Below are positions 26,385 through 41,300 of a stretch of 64,000 nucleotides of DNA, piece after piece. Within the stretch, counting starts at the first letter, position 1. Every line of letters begins with the position of its first letter. The notes beneath the pieces were generated by a model that had not been told where the DNA came from, did no database searches, and saw only the letters and a list, made by a program, of their open reading frames with translations. Origin of the DNA: Ylistrum balloti (taxonomy: Eukaryota); NCBI RefSeq assembly GCF_031769215.1, contig NW_026781892.1, forward strand, positions 1,054,001-1,118,000. Reading direction: 5' to 3'. Position numbers and translations under genes: made by a program.

Positions 26385-29300
26385 ATGATGGATGTGACAG
26401 TAAAAACCCTGGATGGGCAGAACAGAAACTACAGTGTACCTGAAGATGTAAGTATGGAGACAGAGTTAAAATTGTTTTATTCCTGAAAATATTGGGCAGA
26501 ACAAGCTTTGTTGTGTACCTAAGACTTGAGTTATAGATAGATGAGACAGAGTATTTCTGAGAATCTTAACCTGGAGAGTGTAAAAAGTAACTACAGCATT
26601 TCTAAACATTTGAATTATAGGACAGATTAGGAACCAAGCATTTCTAAATATTTGAATTATAGGACATATTAGGAACTACATGCAGAACTAATATGTCTGG
26701 AAATTTTAGCCATACATGCAGAACAAGGATTTTTTAAGGTTCTAACCTTACTTAAAGAATAGGCACTATATTGCAGCCTTTTTTCTTTCTATTTTTATTG
26801 CAAATCTTATACAAAGAAAAAATTTATCAACATATTTTTTTTTCATTTTTCGCACACTGCCTTTATTCATGACTGGTTTTACAGAATGTTGATAATACAT
26901 TAATATGAATTATCATTATGTCCCCAAAGTTACAAGATGGTTATATTCCCTTAAGTTAAATAATATTCTATCACATAATTTGATATTTTCAAGATAATCA
27001 TTCGCTATTGCAGATCACTGTGAAACAGTTTAAAGAGAAAATAGCAAACTCAATAGTAAGTATGACTTTCATCTCGACTGAGGCACAGGGAATGTCTGAT
27101 GATAGAATAACTACCCTGATATATTGTGTGGTTATTTTTTCTTTTGATCACCTAATTGTCAATATTGTGTTCTGATGGGATCAGTACCCAGGTATACTGT
27201 ATGGTCATTTATCTGTTTACCACCTGGTTGGGGATTTTTCTGATGATGGGTTTACTACCCAGGTATAGTGTGTGGGTAAACTTTTCTGTGTAAATGATAC
27301 CAGAACACAGTATTTGTACATAAGATATGCCTCACATATTGAAGATAACACTATTGATAATAGCGAAGTTTCAACAAGGAAAATTGTAAAACATTCGGTT
27401 AAGAAATCCCACAAAATAGTGATTGTGATTATTTTATCTTTTTTTAAATTTTTGAAAATGAAATTCTTCTAGAGTGAATTTTTCAAATTACCCTTTTTTT
27501 CTTTTCCTTCCATGTCTGAGTAAAAGCTCCACCTAGTAGAATGCTTAATGCATCATCATAGTCAGTATTTAAAAACTGGTGATACATTTTTCTTGAGATA
27601 CAAATTTAACATGAACTTCCCCTGTACTTCGAATGCCATCCAAGTCAAAATAAGAGTATTTGGTAGTGTAGCATATGGCTTCTTTAAGATTGAATCTCAA
27701 TGTTAAATGTGGCTTGAGTCAGTTATGATGCTGTTACAGAATATATCAGCTGAGATCCAGAGGCTGATATTTCAGGGGCGTGTGATGCAGGATGAAAAAC
27801 ACATGAAGGATTATGGTGAGCAGTAGACAAATTAAGACCATTCTGATGTAAACAAAGATACATGGATTTGTTTACTTCTTCAGTTACATGTTTTGTTGTA
27901 TTAAAGAAAGTACATACACATTTGAAAGATTATATTTGATTTCTGGACAAAATTATCAATTTAGAATATCTCCATTGAGAACAAACATGCTGTCTATGTT
28001 ATCTCTATAATTTCATTTGATTGCAAACATTATTTACAGATGTACATGGAAAGGTGATTCATGTGGTCCAGAGAATGCCTCCATCCAGTACACCTCGACC
28101 TGGAGGGGGCGCCACCAACACAGATACACCACCAACAGGTGGAGCCACTGGTGAACAAAACCTTCACAGTACATTGATTGGTTCCTTTATCAATTTGCCA
28201 TCAGATGTAGCTGATCCAAACCAAGTTCATGTAATAATTTTTTTTCTTTTTATATCTCAACTTATCACCTTGTCATGTGTTATATATCACCTGGTCATGT
28301 GTTACATCACCTTGTCAAGTGTTAAATATCACCTTGTCAAGTGTTAAATATCACCTGGTCATGTGTTACACCTGGTCATGTGTTACATCACCTTGTCATG
28401 TGTTGAATATCACCTGGTCATGTGTTTAATATCACCTGGTCATGTGTTACATCACCTTGTCATGTGTTGAATATATATCACCTGGTCATGTGTTAAATAT
28501 CACCTTGTCATGTGTTAAATATCACCTTGTCAGTGTTAAATATCACCTTGTCATGTGTTAAATATCACCTTGTCATGTGTTTAATATCACCTGGTCATGT
28601 GTTAAATATCACCTGGTCATGTGTTAAATATCACCTTGTCATGTGTTAAATATTACCTTGTCATGTGTTGAATATCACCTTGTCATGTGTTGAATATCAC
28701 CTTGTCATGTGTTAAATATCACCTTGTCATGTGTTGAATATCACCTGGTCATGTGTTGAATATCACCTTGTCATGCGTTAAATATCACCTTGTCATGTGT
28801 TAAATATCACCTTGTCATTTGTTGAATATCACCTGGTCATGTGTTACATCACCTGGTCATGTGTTACATCACCAGGTCATGTGTTGAATATCACCTGGTC
28901 ATTTGTTGAATATCACCTGGTCATGTGTTAAATATCACCTAGTTGTGAATACTAAAATCCTATAATTTACAAAGGGATTTCAGTATTACAAATAATTATG
29001 TTTTAATTAGCATATCGGTATACAAACAAAATGGAGATACAGATGAAATTGATGTAAATAGTTTATATTGACAAGGAGGTATATTTATATAAATCATTAA
29101 TTGATATGTTTCTGAGAATTATACTTAAGTATTTATAGCAGGTCTGACCTGATATATGTTTCAGAATATTGTACAACAAGCAGTCAGTAACATGGGGGAT
29201 ATGGGAAGGAATGCCCGAGTTACAACCAATGCATCTGTAGGTATCAATATATATATTAAACAGGGACTTACCGAAAGTCTTTCACGTTTTCATAACGATT

Positions 29301-32300
29301 ACTCTGACTATGTTAACATCACTTCTTCAAATGTTTATAACTTAAATACTTATCACACATATGTGATTTTTTGGGGGGCGGGTTTGGTGGCACAACCTTT
29401 AGTCATATTTACAACCTCTCAGAAGAATAGTGTCTACTGTACATTTTCAGTTGTGTTTATATCTGGAGACTGCAAATCCCAGGTTATACAATAAATGTTG
29501 TTTTCCATTTTCCATCCCTGAGCCCTTCTTGATTTGTGTACTGGGCAGCTGTAATCTTGTCATGTGGTACAACTATCTGTGTTTCAGGAAAGTGGCTCAT
29601 AAACAGATACTTTTTGTGTTACAGGATGACGGTTCATCTGTGGATGTGCACATTCATCTAGGACAAGTTCCAGGAGCTAGACAAAGTGAATCGCAACTTA
29701 GGATTAACCAAGCAAGACGCATGTTGCAGATGTCACGAGAAAACCTTGACAAACTTGATGTGAGTGTATATTGTGTTATGTGGGCAGTTAATAATGAACA
29801 ATATTTTTTGTAGTTCATGATTTTCTTCTCACTCACAAAAAGTCTTGTCATCTTATTTTTTGTTATGTGGGTGTGAGGGGTTGCATATATAAATAAATAG
29901 ATGGGTCCTGTTTACTCATCTGACATTCACTAAGCATATCTAAAGAAAAACTTGAAGTGTTTTTTATTCCGCTTTTTTCTCATTAATTTTGACAAATATT
30001 CATTCTTGTACATTAGTTGACCAGGAAACAAAAACCAGAATTGATAAAATCACAAAATTTTCAGTTGAATCAATACTCTGTTCTAATTTTACATTTCACC
30101 GTTTATATGTAGTACTGTATTGTATTCTAGTGGTAGCTATTGAGATCTGAATGTCAAGCCTCTATTTTAGGACTGACTTTTAAGATCTGAATGTGAAGCC
30201 TTTATTTTGATACTGACTTTTGAGATACAAATTTCAAGCCTCTATTCTAGTAGTAGTTATTGAGATTTGAGTATTAATCCTGTGTTCTAGTGGTAACTTT
30301 TGAGATCTGAATGTTAAGCCTTAGGTGTTACATACCTATGACAATGTGCTATAACTTTACAGAGGCTTGAAAACCCCCCAGCGGAGGAGCAGCAACAGAC
30401 CAATACAGACCAAGGAACCAGAGATTCTCCGATGGAGGTGTCTGAATCAAACCAACCAATAGCTGAGACCACGACCAGAAATACTTCAGAATCCTCCCAG
30501 TCACAGGCATCAGTACAATCAGAAACACCATCACAGCCAGAGGCTCCAGCAACACCACAGACACCTTCAGCCACTGTACCAGAACCTCAAACCACATCCA
30601 GCCAATCAAATCCATCCACAGGAAATAGTAATTCAGCCAATGGCAGTTCCTCAGACACGCCAAGGAGACCAGGGTAAGACAATGTTTTCAAAATATGTAA
30701 ATAGACAGTTTAACCCACTTACTACAATAAACTAAATAACTTAGAACTTTAAACTGAATTTGTAGCAGTGTAGGCAATGTTTTAAAAATTATTAAAAGCA
30801 CAGCAATGCCAAATAGAATGTCCTGCTAATATCAACAAGGATTTTTTATCAATAACATGTCAAATTAACAGAGATAGAGCCTTTTCAGAGAACAAAAATT
30901 GGGTGTTTAATATCCAACACCAACAAAAGTATAAATCAGTTTGCCTGTCATGTTTTGATGTTAACCTTTGTAATACCTGTAGGCGCCCACATATTTCTGT
31001 GGTGGCTGATGTGTTGGAGGAAGTTAGAGAGGTAAACAGTCGCTTACAGCCACACATGGACAATTACCAGAGAATAGTACGTGAAGATAGACAGCTTCCT
31101 GCAGAGGTCAGTACCTTTAATTATCTTGGAAAGGAAATATCGCTATAAAATTGTTTCATTTACTTTATGTAAAGGACCTTTCAACCAGGTTTTGTGTCAT
31201 GGTACCTGTTCTTCACTATGCTATTGTGGAGGGAATGGCAGTATCTGGATTTGTATGTACGGGATCTATACATCTCTATAATATTGTGGAGGGGATGGCA
31301 GTGTGTGGATTTGTATGTAGGGGATCTATACATCGCTATAATATTGTGGAGGGGATGTCAGTATGTGGATTTGTATGTACGGGATCTATACATCTCTATA
31401 ATATTGTGGAGGGGATGGCAGTGTGTGGATTTGTATGTACGGGATTTACATATCACTATACCATTGTGGAGGGGATGTCAGTATGTGGATTTGTATGTAG
31501 GGGATCTATACATCGCTATCATATTGTGGAGGGGATGTCAGTATCTGGATTTGTATGTACGGGATCTATACATCTCTATGATATTGTGGAGGGGATGTCA
31601 GTATGTGGATTTGTATGTAGTGGATCTATATATCTCTATAATATTGTGGAGGGGATGTCAGTATGTGGATTTGTATGTAGGGGATCTATACATCTCTATA
31701 ATATTGTGGAGGGGATGTCAGTATGTGGATTTGTATGTAGGGGATCTATACATCGCTATCATATTGTGGAGGGGATGTCAGTATCTGGATTTGTATGTAC
31801 GGGATCTATACATCTCTATGATATTGTGGAGGGGATGTCAGTATGTGGATTTGTATGTAGGGAATCTGTACATCACTATCATATTGTGGAGGGATGGCAG
31901 TATGTGCATTTGTATGTAGGGGATCTATACATCACTATCATATTGTGGAGGGGATGTCAGTATGTGGATTTGTGTTTAAGAGATCTATACTAAAAACATT
32001 GTATAAATCAACTTGATATAGAAACACATTAATGATAATCTTGCATAATGGACATAACTCTGTATTATGATTATGTATAGGAGACTCGCAAGGCCCAGGA
32101 AGTATGTAACCTTGTTGGGGAGATCCTACATGCCATCAGCCATTGTTATCACAGTCTGAGTGACCTAATGGTGGACATGGGAGAGCCATCACCAAGACAA
32201 CTTTACGCGGCAATAGTTCCAGCTGCTATCCCTGCAGCTGTCATACAACAGACCATACCTATACATGTAAGTAGCCTGTCATACAACAGACCATACCTAT

Positions 32301-35300
32301 ATAAGTAACCTGTCATACAACAGACCATACCTATACATGTAAGTAACCTGTCATACAACAGACCATACCTATACATGTAACCTGTCATACAACAGACCAT
32401 ACCTATACATGTAAGTAACCCGTCATACAACAGACCATACCTATACATGTAAGTAACCTGTCATACAACAGACCATACCTATACATGTAAGTAACCTGTC
32501 ATACAACAGACCATACCTATACATGTAAATAACCTGTTATACAACAGACCATACCTATACATGTAAGTAACCTGTAATACAACAGACCATACCTACACAT
32601 GTAACCTGTCATACAACAGACCATACCTATACATGTAAGTAACCTGTCATACAACAGACCATACCTATACATGTAAGTAACTGTAATACAACAGACCATA
32701 CCTATACATGTAAGTAACTGTAATACAACAGACCATACCTATACATGTAAGTAACTGTAATACAACAGACCATACCTATACATGTAAGTAACCTGTTATA
32801 CAACAGACCATACCTATACATGTAAGTAACCTGTAATACAACAGACCATACCTACACATGTAACCTGTCATACAACAGACCATACCTATACATGTAAGTA
32901 ACCTGTCATACAACAGACCATACCTATACATGTAAGTAACTGTAATACAACAGACCATACCTATACATGTAAGTAACTGTAATACAACAGACCATACCTA
33001 TACATGTAAGTAACTGTAATACAACAGACCATACCTATACATGTAAGTAACCTGTCATACAACAGACCATACCTATACATGTAAGTAACCTGTCATACAA
33101 CAGACCATACCTATACAAGTAACCTGTCATACAACAGACCATACCTATACATGTAAGTAACCTGTCATACAACAGACCATACCTATACATGTAAGTAACC
33201 TGTCATACAACAGACCATACCTATACAAGTAACCTGTCATACAACAGACCATACCTATACATGTAAGTAACCTGTCATACAACAGACCATACCTATACAT
33301 GTAACCTGTCATACAACAGACCATACCTATACATGTAAGTAACCTGTCATACAACAGACCATACCTATACAAGTAACCTGTCATACAACAGACCATACCT
33401 ATACATGTAACCTGTCATACAACAGACCATACCTATACATGTAACCTGTCATACAACAGACCATACCTATACATGTAAGTAACTTGTCATACAAGAGACC
33501 ACTTGGTCACTAACATAGTTGTTTGTTATCAATTTTTTAACTGGCCCGAAAAACATAGTTTCCAAAAGGCAACCGCCTTAAATTTGACAAATAAAGATTA
33601 ATATAGATTTACAAGAATTCTCAAATTTCATATCATAAAGAGAAATTAAGAGGAAAGAGAAAGGAAGGCAACTGATGCCACCTTTAAAAGATCAAGTGGG
33701 TGCCTATATCCGTCTAGGCTCTCTTCCTGCTATAACCTGCTGAACAGACAGTGATTTCTATGCAATGATGGATTTTGTAGACAACACATCTTACTGTAAA
33801 TACTGTGGACATCCTCTGATGTAATAGTGTACCTGCTGTGTTTTAGGCCCAGATCAATGTTGGAGGGCCTCAAGTTGCCCAGAGAAACATGGCCACTCAG
33901 TCCTCAGTATCAACTTCATCCACAGCCACATCTACGTCACAAGCCTCCAGTAATGCTGCCTCACAGGTATGATGGCTGTTTGGTATAATGGTATTGTATG
34001 GAGTCTGTATGGTATAGTGGTAATGCAAGGTATATATGTGATATAGTGGTAATATATGATGTATATGTGGTAATGTATGGTGTTTATGTGGTAGTGGTAA
34101 TTTAAGATGCTTATGTGATATAGTGTATTTGTGGTATAGTGGTAATTTATGGTCTATATGTTGTATAATGATGATGTTTGATGTTTACGTGGTATACTGG
34201 TAATGTTTGTGTTTATGTTGTCTAGGGGTAATGTATGGTGTATATGATAAATTATTTGCTTCAAATAACAGAAATTCAGTGTCATTTTCGTCAAACTATT
34301 CTCAACAAAAATATTTACGTAGAGATGAAGTGTTTACAGTTGAAATACGTTGTTTTATTTGCTGCTATATTGGGGGTTATTTTAAATGGCCAATTAGATG
34401 TCATGAAACACAACATTGAGATAATGAAGTTTGAGAACAAAATATTTACTGTCACCTTACAATGTTTTGAACAATAAAAGATTTAATGAAATTGAAAATG
34501 TAAACATTCAGATGTTTTTACGAAACAGGTTTTTCCTCGTCTTCCACTTTCCATTTATTAATATGATTAAATCATTGAGAAAGTTGATTGACAAAAACGG
34601 AAGTGGCCCAGTAAAGCTTTTTGGATCACATGATAATTTCCTGTATTCAGTTAAAAAAGTCCAGAGTTCCTTGCATGAATCAATCCCAATATAAATAGGA
34701 AAAGACTCATCTTGATGAACTATAAAGGTATCTTACTGAAAATTGCTGTATACCTTTATAACATACTGAAAAAGTGCTGTGTTTTATCATTGCATCATTG
34801 CAAACTTGACCACAAGGTCAAGACCAAATAAGTGAATTTCTGCAATGATTAATTATCAAGGCAAAACTTTTGAACTGTTAAAAGGTAACTTTATGGAAGT
34901 TGCTGTACACCTTTATCAGCGACTGATAAAGAGCAGTGCTTAGTATATGGATCATTGCAACTTTGACCTCAAGGTTAAAGGTCAACAATTTTAGATAAAT
35001 AAGAGCTGTAAAAAATGTTAAATTTCAATTCTTGCACTCCCAACCTACTACAAATTAGCAAATAGATTAGAAGTGATGTATTATTGCCCACTAAAACAAT
35101 GTTTAAGCTATTTATAGAACGATACCATATATATAAAACAAGTAAGCTTCTCTAAAATGTTTTGAGGAGCATGTAGCTGTGGCTTTGTCCATCCATCCTT
35201 GTTCTTTTATGTCCAGAGCATAACTTTGCCCTCAGTTAAGCAAGGATTGTAATCTTGGGTGTGTACATCGGTCATACTAATATGATGTTAAGTGTACCAA

Positions 35301-38300
35301 AACTAAAGCCCCAACCCTCAATTACAGTTATTACTCTATGTTTAAACTAGGAAACTGATTCTTGGTTTATACAATCATCGTACTAAGAGGATGTGAAGTT
35401 TTCCAATTTCAGGGCTTGAAACACATTAATTACATACTCTTTGTCCTTTGCTCAAATTTCGTGTTTTGGCCAAAGGGATCATGAAACAATCTTAAACTTT
35501 GCTTAGCCTTTCATTCATGATGTCTCTTTTCATGATTTTTTCTGTGATTGGCTAATTCAAAACTTAAAAAATGGTTTTAGAGTTTTGATTGATATGTGAT
35601 TCAGTGTCCTGAACATAACTTTGCTTTCATTTAAATTAGTATAATGAAACTTGGTGTATATATTGGTCGTACTAAAGAGGATGTGTTGTGTAGCAAATTC
35701 AGGCCCTGAAATTATGGATTTATTGTCCTTTATTAGAATTTCAGGTCCAAGAAATGCCTTAATCAGTAAGCACATGTATATGTTTTTGTTCATTTGTGAT
35801 AACAAAGTCTTCATACTTTCAGACATCCTCTGCTGGTCAGTCTACAGGAACTGCAACACCCTCCACTGCCCCTGGAGCCACACCTGGAGCCACACCTGTT
35901 GTTACCAGGGCTAGTACTGACCCGTACGTGTTCCTGGAGGTTGGGCCTGACAATGCTGTCACTGTCAATAGTATTACAGCCCATGTCATATCCTCAGAAC
36001 AGGAGGTCCCCAACACCTCAGGACCAAGCACAGGTAAATATAGACAGTGTCAAGTCCCCAACACCTCAGGACCAGGTACAGGTAAATATAGACAGTGTCA
36101 AGTCCCAAACACCTCAGGACCAAGTACAGGTAAATATAGACAGTGTCAAGTCCCCAACACCTCAGGACCAAGTACAGGTAGATATAGACAATGTCATGTC
36201 TCCAACACCTCAGGACCAGGTACAGGTAAATATAGACAGTGTCAAGTCTCCAACACCTCAGGACCAGGTACAGGTAAATACAGACAGTGTCAAGTCTCCA
36301 ACACCTCAGGCCCAAGTACAGGTAAATACAGAGTGTCAAGTCTCCAACACCTCAGGACCAAGTACAGGTAAATACAGACAGTGTCAAGTCTCCAACACCT
36401 CAGGACCAGGTACAGGTAAATATAGAGTGTCAAGTCCCCAACACCTCAGGACCAAGCACAGGTAAATATAGACAGTGTCAAGTCCCCAACACCTCAGGAC
36501 CAAGTACAGGTAAATATAGACAGTGTCAAGTCCCCAACACCTCAGGACCAGGTACAGGTAAATATAGACAGTGTCAAGTCCCCAACACCTCAGGACCAGG
36601 TACAGGTAAATACAGACAGTGTCAAGTCTCCAACCCCTCTGGACCAAGCACAGGTAAATATAGACAGTGTCAAGTCCCCAACACCTCAGGACCAGGTACA
36701 GGTAAATACAGACAGTGTCAAGTCTCCAACACCTCAGGACCAAGTACAGGTAAATACAGACAGTGTCAAGTCTCCAACACCTCAGGACCAGGTACAGGTA
36801 AATATAGACAGTGTCAAATCGCCAACACCTCAGGACCAAGTACAGGTAAATATAGACAGTGTCAAGTCCCCAACACCTCAGGACCAAGCACAGGTAAATA
36901 TAGAGTGTCAAGTCCCCAACACCTCAGGACCAGGAACAGGTAGATATAGACAATGTCATGTCTCCAACACCTCAGGACCAGGTACAGGTAAATATAGACA
37001 GTGTCAAGTCTCCAACACCTCAGGACCAAGTACAGGTAAATACAGACAGTGTCAAGTCTCCAACACCTCAGGACCAGGTACAGGTAAATATAGAGTGTCA
37101 AGTCCCCAACACCTCAGGACCAAGCACAGGTAAATATAGACAGTGTCAAGTCCCCAACACCTCAGGACCAGGTACAGGTAGATATAGACAGTGTCAAGTC
37201 CCCAACACCTCAGGACCAGGTACAGGTAAATACAGACAGTGTCAAGTCTCCAACCCCTCTGGACCAAGTACAGGTAAATATAGACAGTGTCAAGTCCCCA
37301 ACACCTCAGGACCAAGTACAGGTAAATATAGACAGTGTCAAGTCCCCAACACCTCAGGACCAGGTACAGGTAAATAAAGACAGTGTCAAGTCCCCAACAC
37401 CTCAGGACCAGGTACAGGTAAATACAGACAGTGTCAAGTCTCCAACCCCTCTGGACCAAGCACAGGTAAATATAGACAGTGTCAAGTCCCCAACACCTCA
37501 GGACCAAGTACAGGTAAATACAGACAGTGTCAAGTCTCCAACACCTCAGGACCAGGTACAGGTAAAGATAGACAGTGTCAAATCCCCAACACCTCAGGAC
37601 CAGGTACAGGTAAATATAGACAGTGTCAAGTCTCAGGTAAATATAGAGTGTCAAGTCCCCAACACCTCAGGACCAGGTACAGGTAGATATAGACCATGTC
37701 ATGTCTCCAACACCTCAGGACCAGGTACAGGTAAATATAGACAGTGTCAAGTCTCCAACACCTCAGGACCAGGTACAGATAAATATAGACAGTGTCAATA
37801 TCGGTACAGGTAAATACAGTCAGTATCAGTACAGGTAAATACAGTCAGTATCGGTACAAGTAAATACAGTCAGTATCGGTACAGGTAAATACAGTCATTA
37901 TCGGTACAGGTAAATACAGTCAGTATCGGTACAGGTTAATACAGTCAGTATCGGTACAGGTAAATACAGTCAGTATCTGTACAGGTAAATACAGTCAGTA
38001 TCGGTACAGGTAAATACAGTCCGTATCTGTACAGGTAAATACAGTCAGTATCGGTACAGGTAAATACAGTCAGTATCGGTACAGATAAATACAGTCAGTA
38101 TCGGTACAGGTAAATACAGTCAGTATCGGTACAGGTAAATACAGTTAGTATCGGTACAGGTAAATACAGTCAGTATCGGTACAGATAAATGCAGTCGGTA
38201 TTGGTACAGGTAAATACAGTCAGTATCAGTACAGGTAAATACAGTCAGTATCGGTACAGGTAAATGCAGTCAGTATCATTACAGGTAAATACAGTCAGTA

Positions 38301-41300
38301 TCCGTACAGATAAATACAGTCGGTATTGGCACAGGTAAATACAGTCAGTGTCGGTACAGGTAAATACAGTCAGTATCCGTACAGGTAAATACAGTCAGTG
38401 TTGGTACAGGTAAATACAGTCAGTGTTGGTACAGGTAAATACAGTCAGTATCAGTACAGGTAAATACAGACATCAAATCCCAAATACCCTTGGGCAAAGC
38501 CCATGTAAATACAGACTGAATCAATTCCCCATTGCCCCTAGGCTAAGATAGAGACTGTCTCAAGTCCCCAATACCCTTGGGCAAAGCACAGGTAAATACA
38601 GACAGTATCAAGTCCCCAATACCCCTGGGTCAATACAGGTAAATACAGACTGTATCAAGTCCCCAATACCCCTGGGTCATTACAGTTAAATACAGACTGC
38701 ATCAAGTCCCCAATACCCCTGGGTCAATACAGGTAAATACAGACTGCATCAAGTCCCCAATACCCCTGGGTCAATACAGGTAAATACAGACTGTATCAAG
38801 TCCCCAATACCCTTGGGTCAATACAGGTAAATACACACAGCATCAAGTCCCCAGTACCCCTGGGTCAATACAGGTAAATACAGACTGTATCAAGTCCCCA
38901 ATACCCCTGGGTCAATACAGGTAAATACAGACTGCATCAAGTCCCCAATACCCCTGGGTCAATACAGGTAAATACAGACTGTATCAAGTCCCCAATACCC
39001 CTGGGTCAATACAGGTAAATACAGACTGTATCAAGTCCCTAATACCCTTGGGCAAAGCACAGATATAGGATAATCAAAATAAAAGATATTAATTGAGTTA
39101 CCATTAAATTTTCTTTTTATGTACATTTTTAAATGAAAAACAACTATAGGAAGATTACAAAATATATTATAATATATATAGTATTTTATAAAATATTGCA
39201 GTGTTAAAAAAAGTTGAGGAAAGATTAGCATGTTCTTTGATGTAATAATAAACAAAATGTATGTAATGGACATATTCTTTTGAGAGACAGAGAGAAAGGG
39301 CTCTAAATTGGCTAATTTTTTGAAAACCACACATCTCTTTCGTTAAATGTTATCAGAAAAATATTTTAACAAAGTAATAGTGGTAGACTAGGAAAATCTG
39401 TAGTGAATTGGACGGCCATTGCTTGATGAAGGCTAATCAGGGAAAAGCTTCCCCTCTACCAGGGAAATTTCTCTCTCACTTTTAAAACTAGTACAGCAAT
39501 GCTGTGACAAGCATATATGATATGAAGATAAACCATATGTGAATTGGTAATTATGCTTGTGATATTACCAGCTTTTTACACTGTTTACTGTTTCTTTGAT
39601 GTTGGTTAACTAAGGATTCAACAAAAATTATCAGAATGGTATTCTAATTTTAGGTTCCACAAACACAGCCCCACAGGGTGTTCATGTTCAAGGTCACAAT
39701 GTAACACAGGACATCATCAACAACATTGTGAGCTCAGTTATGCACGCCCATACCGGTAGGTAATAGTATAGAGGAGTCACCTGTCATGTCAGTCATGCAT
39801 ACCCATACTGGTTTGTATAAGTACATAGGACTTACCTGTCAGTGCAGTCAGGCATGTCCATACTGGTAGGTGATATCATTCAGGAGTCATCTGTCAGCTC
39901 AGTAATGCACACTCATACTTATAGGTAACATTGTGCAGAACTCACCTGTCAGCTCAGTCATGCATGCCCATACTGGTAAGTATTATTGAATGGGACTCAT
40001 GTGTCAGCAGTCATGCACGCCCATGCTGGTAAGTATAATTGCACAGGACTTACTGTCAGCTCAGTCATGTACATCCATGCTGGTCAGTATTATTGTACAG
40101 GTCTCACCTGTCAGCTCAGTCATGTACGTCCATGCTGGTCATACAGGTCTCACCTGTCGTCAGTCATACGCTGGTCAGTATTTACAGGTCTCACCTGTCA
40201 GCTCAGGTCTCACCTGTCAGGTCTCACCTGTCAGCTCAGTCATGTACGTCCATACTGGTCAGTATTAGTGTACAGGTCTCACCTGTCAGCTCAGTCATGT
40301 ACGTCCATACTGGTCAGTATTAGTGTACAGGTCTCACCTGTCAGCTCAGTCATGTACGTCCATACTGGTCAGTATTAGTGTACAGGTCTCACCTGTCAGC
40401 TCAGTCATGTACGTCCATACTGGTCAGTATTAGTGTACAGGTCTCACCTGTCAGCTCAGTCATGTACGTCCATACTGGTCAGTATTATTATATAGTATTC
40501 ACCTGTCAGCTCAGACATCCATATTGGAAGGTGTCAGTATACAGGATTAGCCTGCCGGTCATGTACACACATTATGATAGGTATTATAGATTTAGAGACT
40601 ATATATTTACAGGATTTTGATTGAAATGTTGATTGAAGGCTTTGTTTCCCCAACAATTATATGATGAAGTTTATGTTTAAATCACCCTTCATCTGTGGTT
40701 CATTGTCCATTTGTCATTCTGTCATTCGGACACTATACAATTCTTGTTATCTCCATTTCTTGAGAAGTTCTTGATGAATCATCTTCAAATTTCATATACA
40801 GAATCCTTTACTTGTGCATGTTTAATTTTGAGACATAACAAAAAGACAAAAAAATGTTTTCTCTATTTCTAAAGAAGTACGAGATGAAAGGTAGTAGATG
40901 AATCATTCTAAAATTTCCTTTATAGATTCCACATGGTCCTTAGTTTAGCATGTTCATTTTTAGGACTGATGGAGAAAAATGGTTGATGGATGACTATTGC
41001 ATTTTGAGATTTAGATTTTTCTGTTTGTGGTTTTTCTCAAGTACAAGAAATGTGTTTCTCAAATTTTGTATGTGGTCTATATTTGTGTATATTGAATTTT
41101 TGGACTGCTCTAAAAATCAAAATGGCCAACAGTCAGCACTATTAGATTTTGAAGTTGAAGTTTGTTATCATTGTTTATTGTGAGGTGTTGTATGAACTTA
41201 TATTCTGTTGACATCGCCAACCTGAAGAAAATGTTTCGAAATATTAAATTTTATTTCTTTTGTTCCCTTCGGTCCTGACCTAGTTGTGCAAATCTAATTA

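Noticed and set aside
31151-31993. 280-aa and 241-aa repetitive ORFs as genes
   Set aside because: They are translations of the 60-bp intronic minisatellite, open in several frames because the unit is a multiple of 3.
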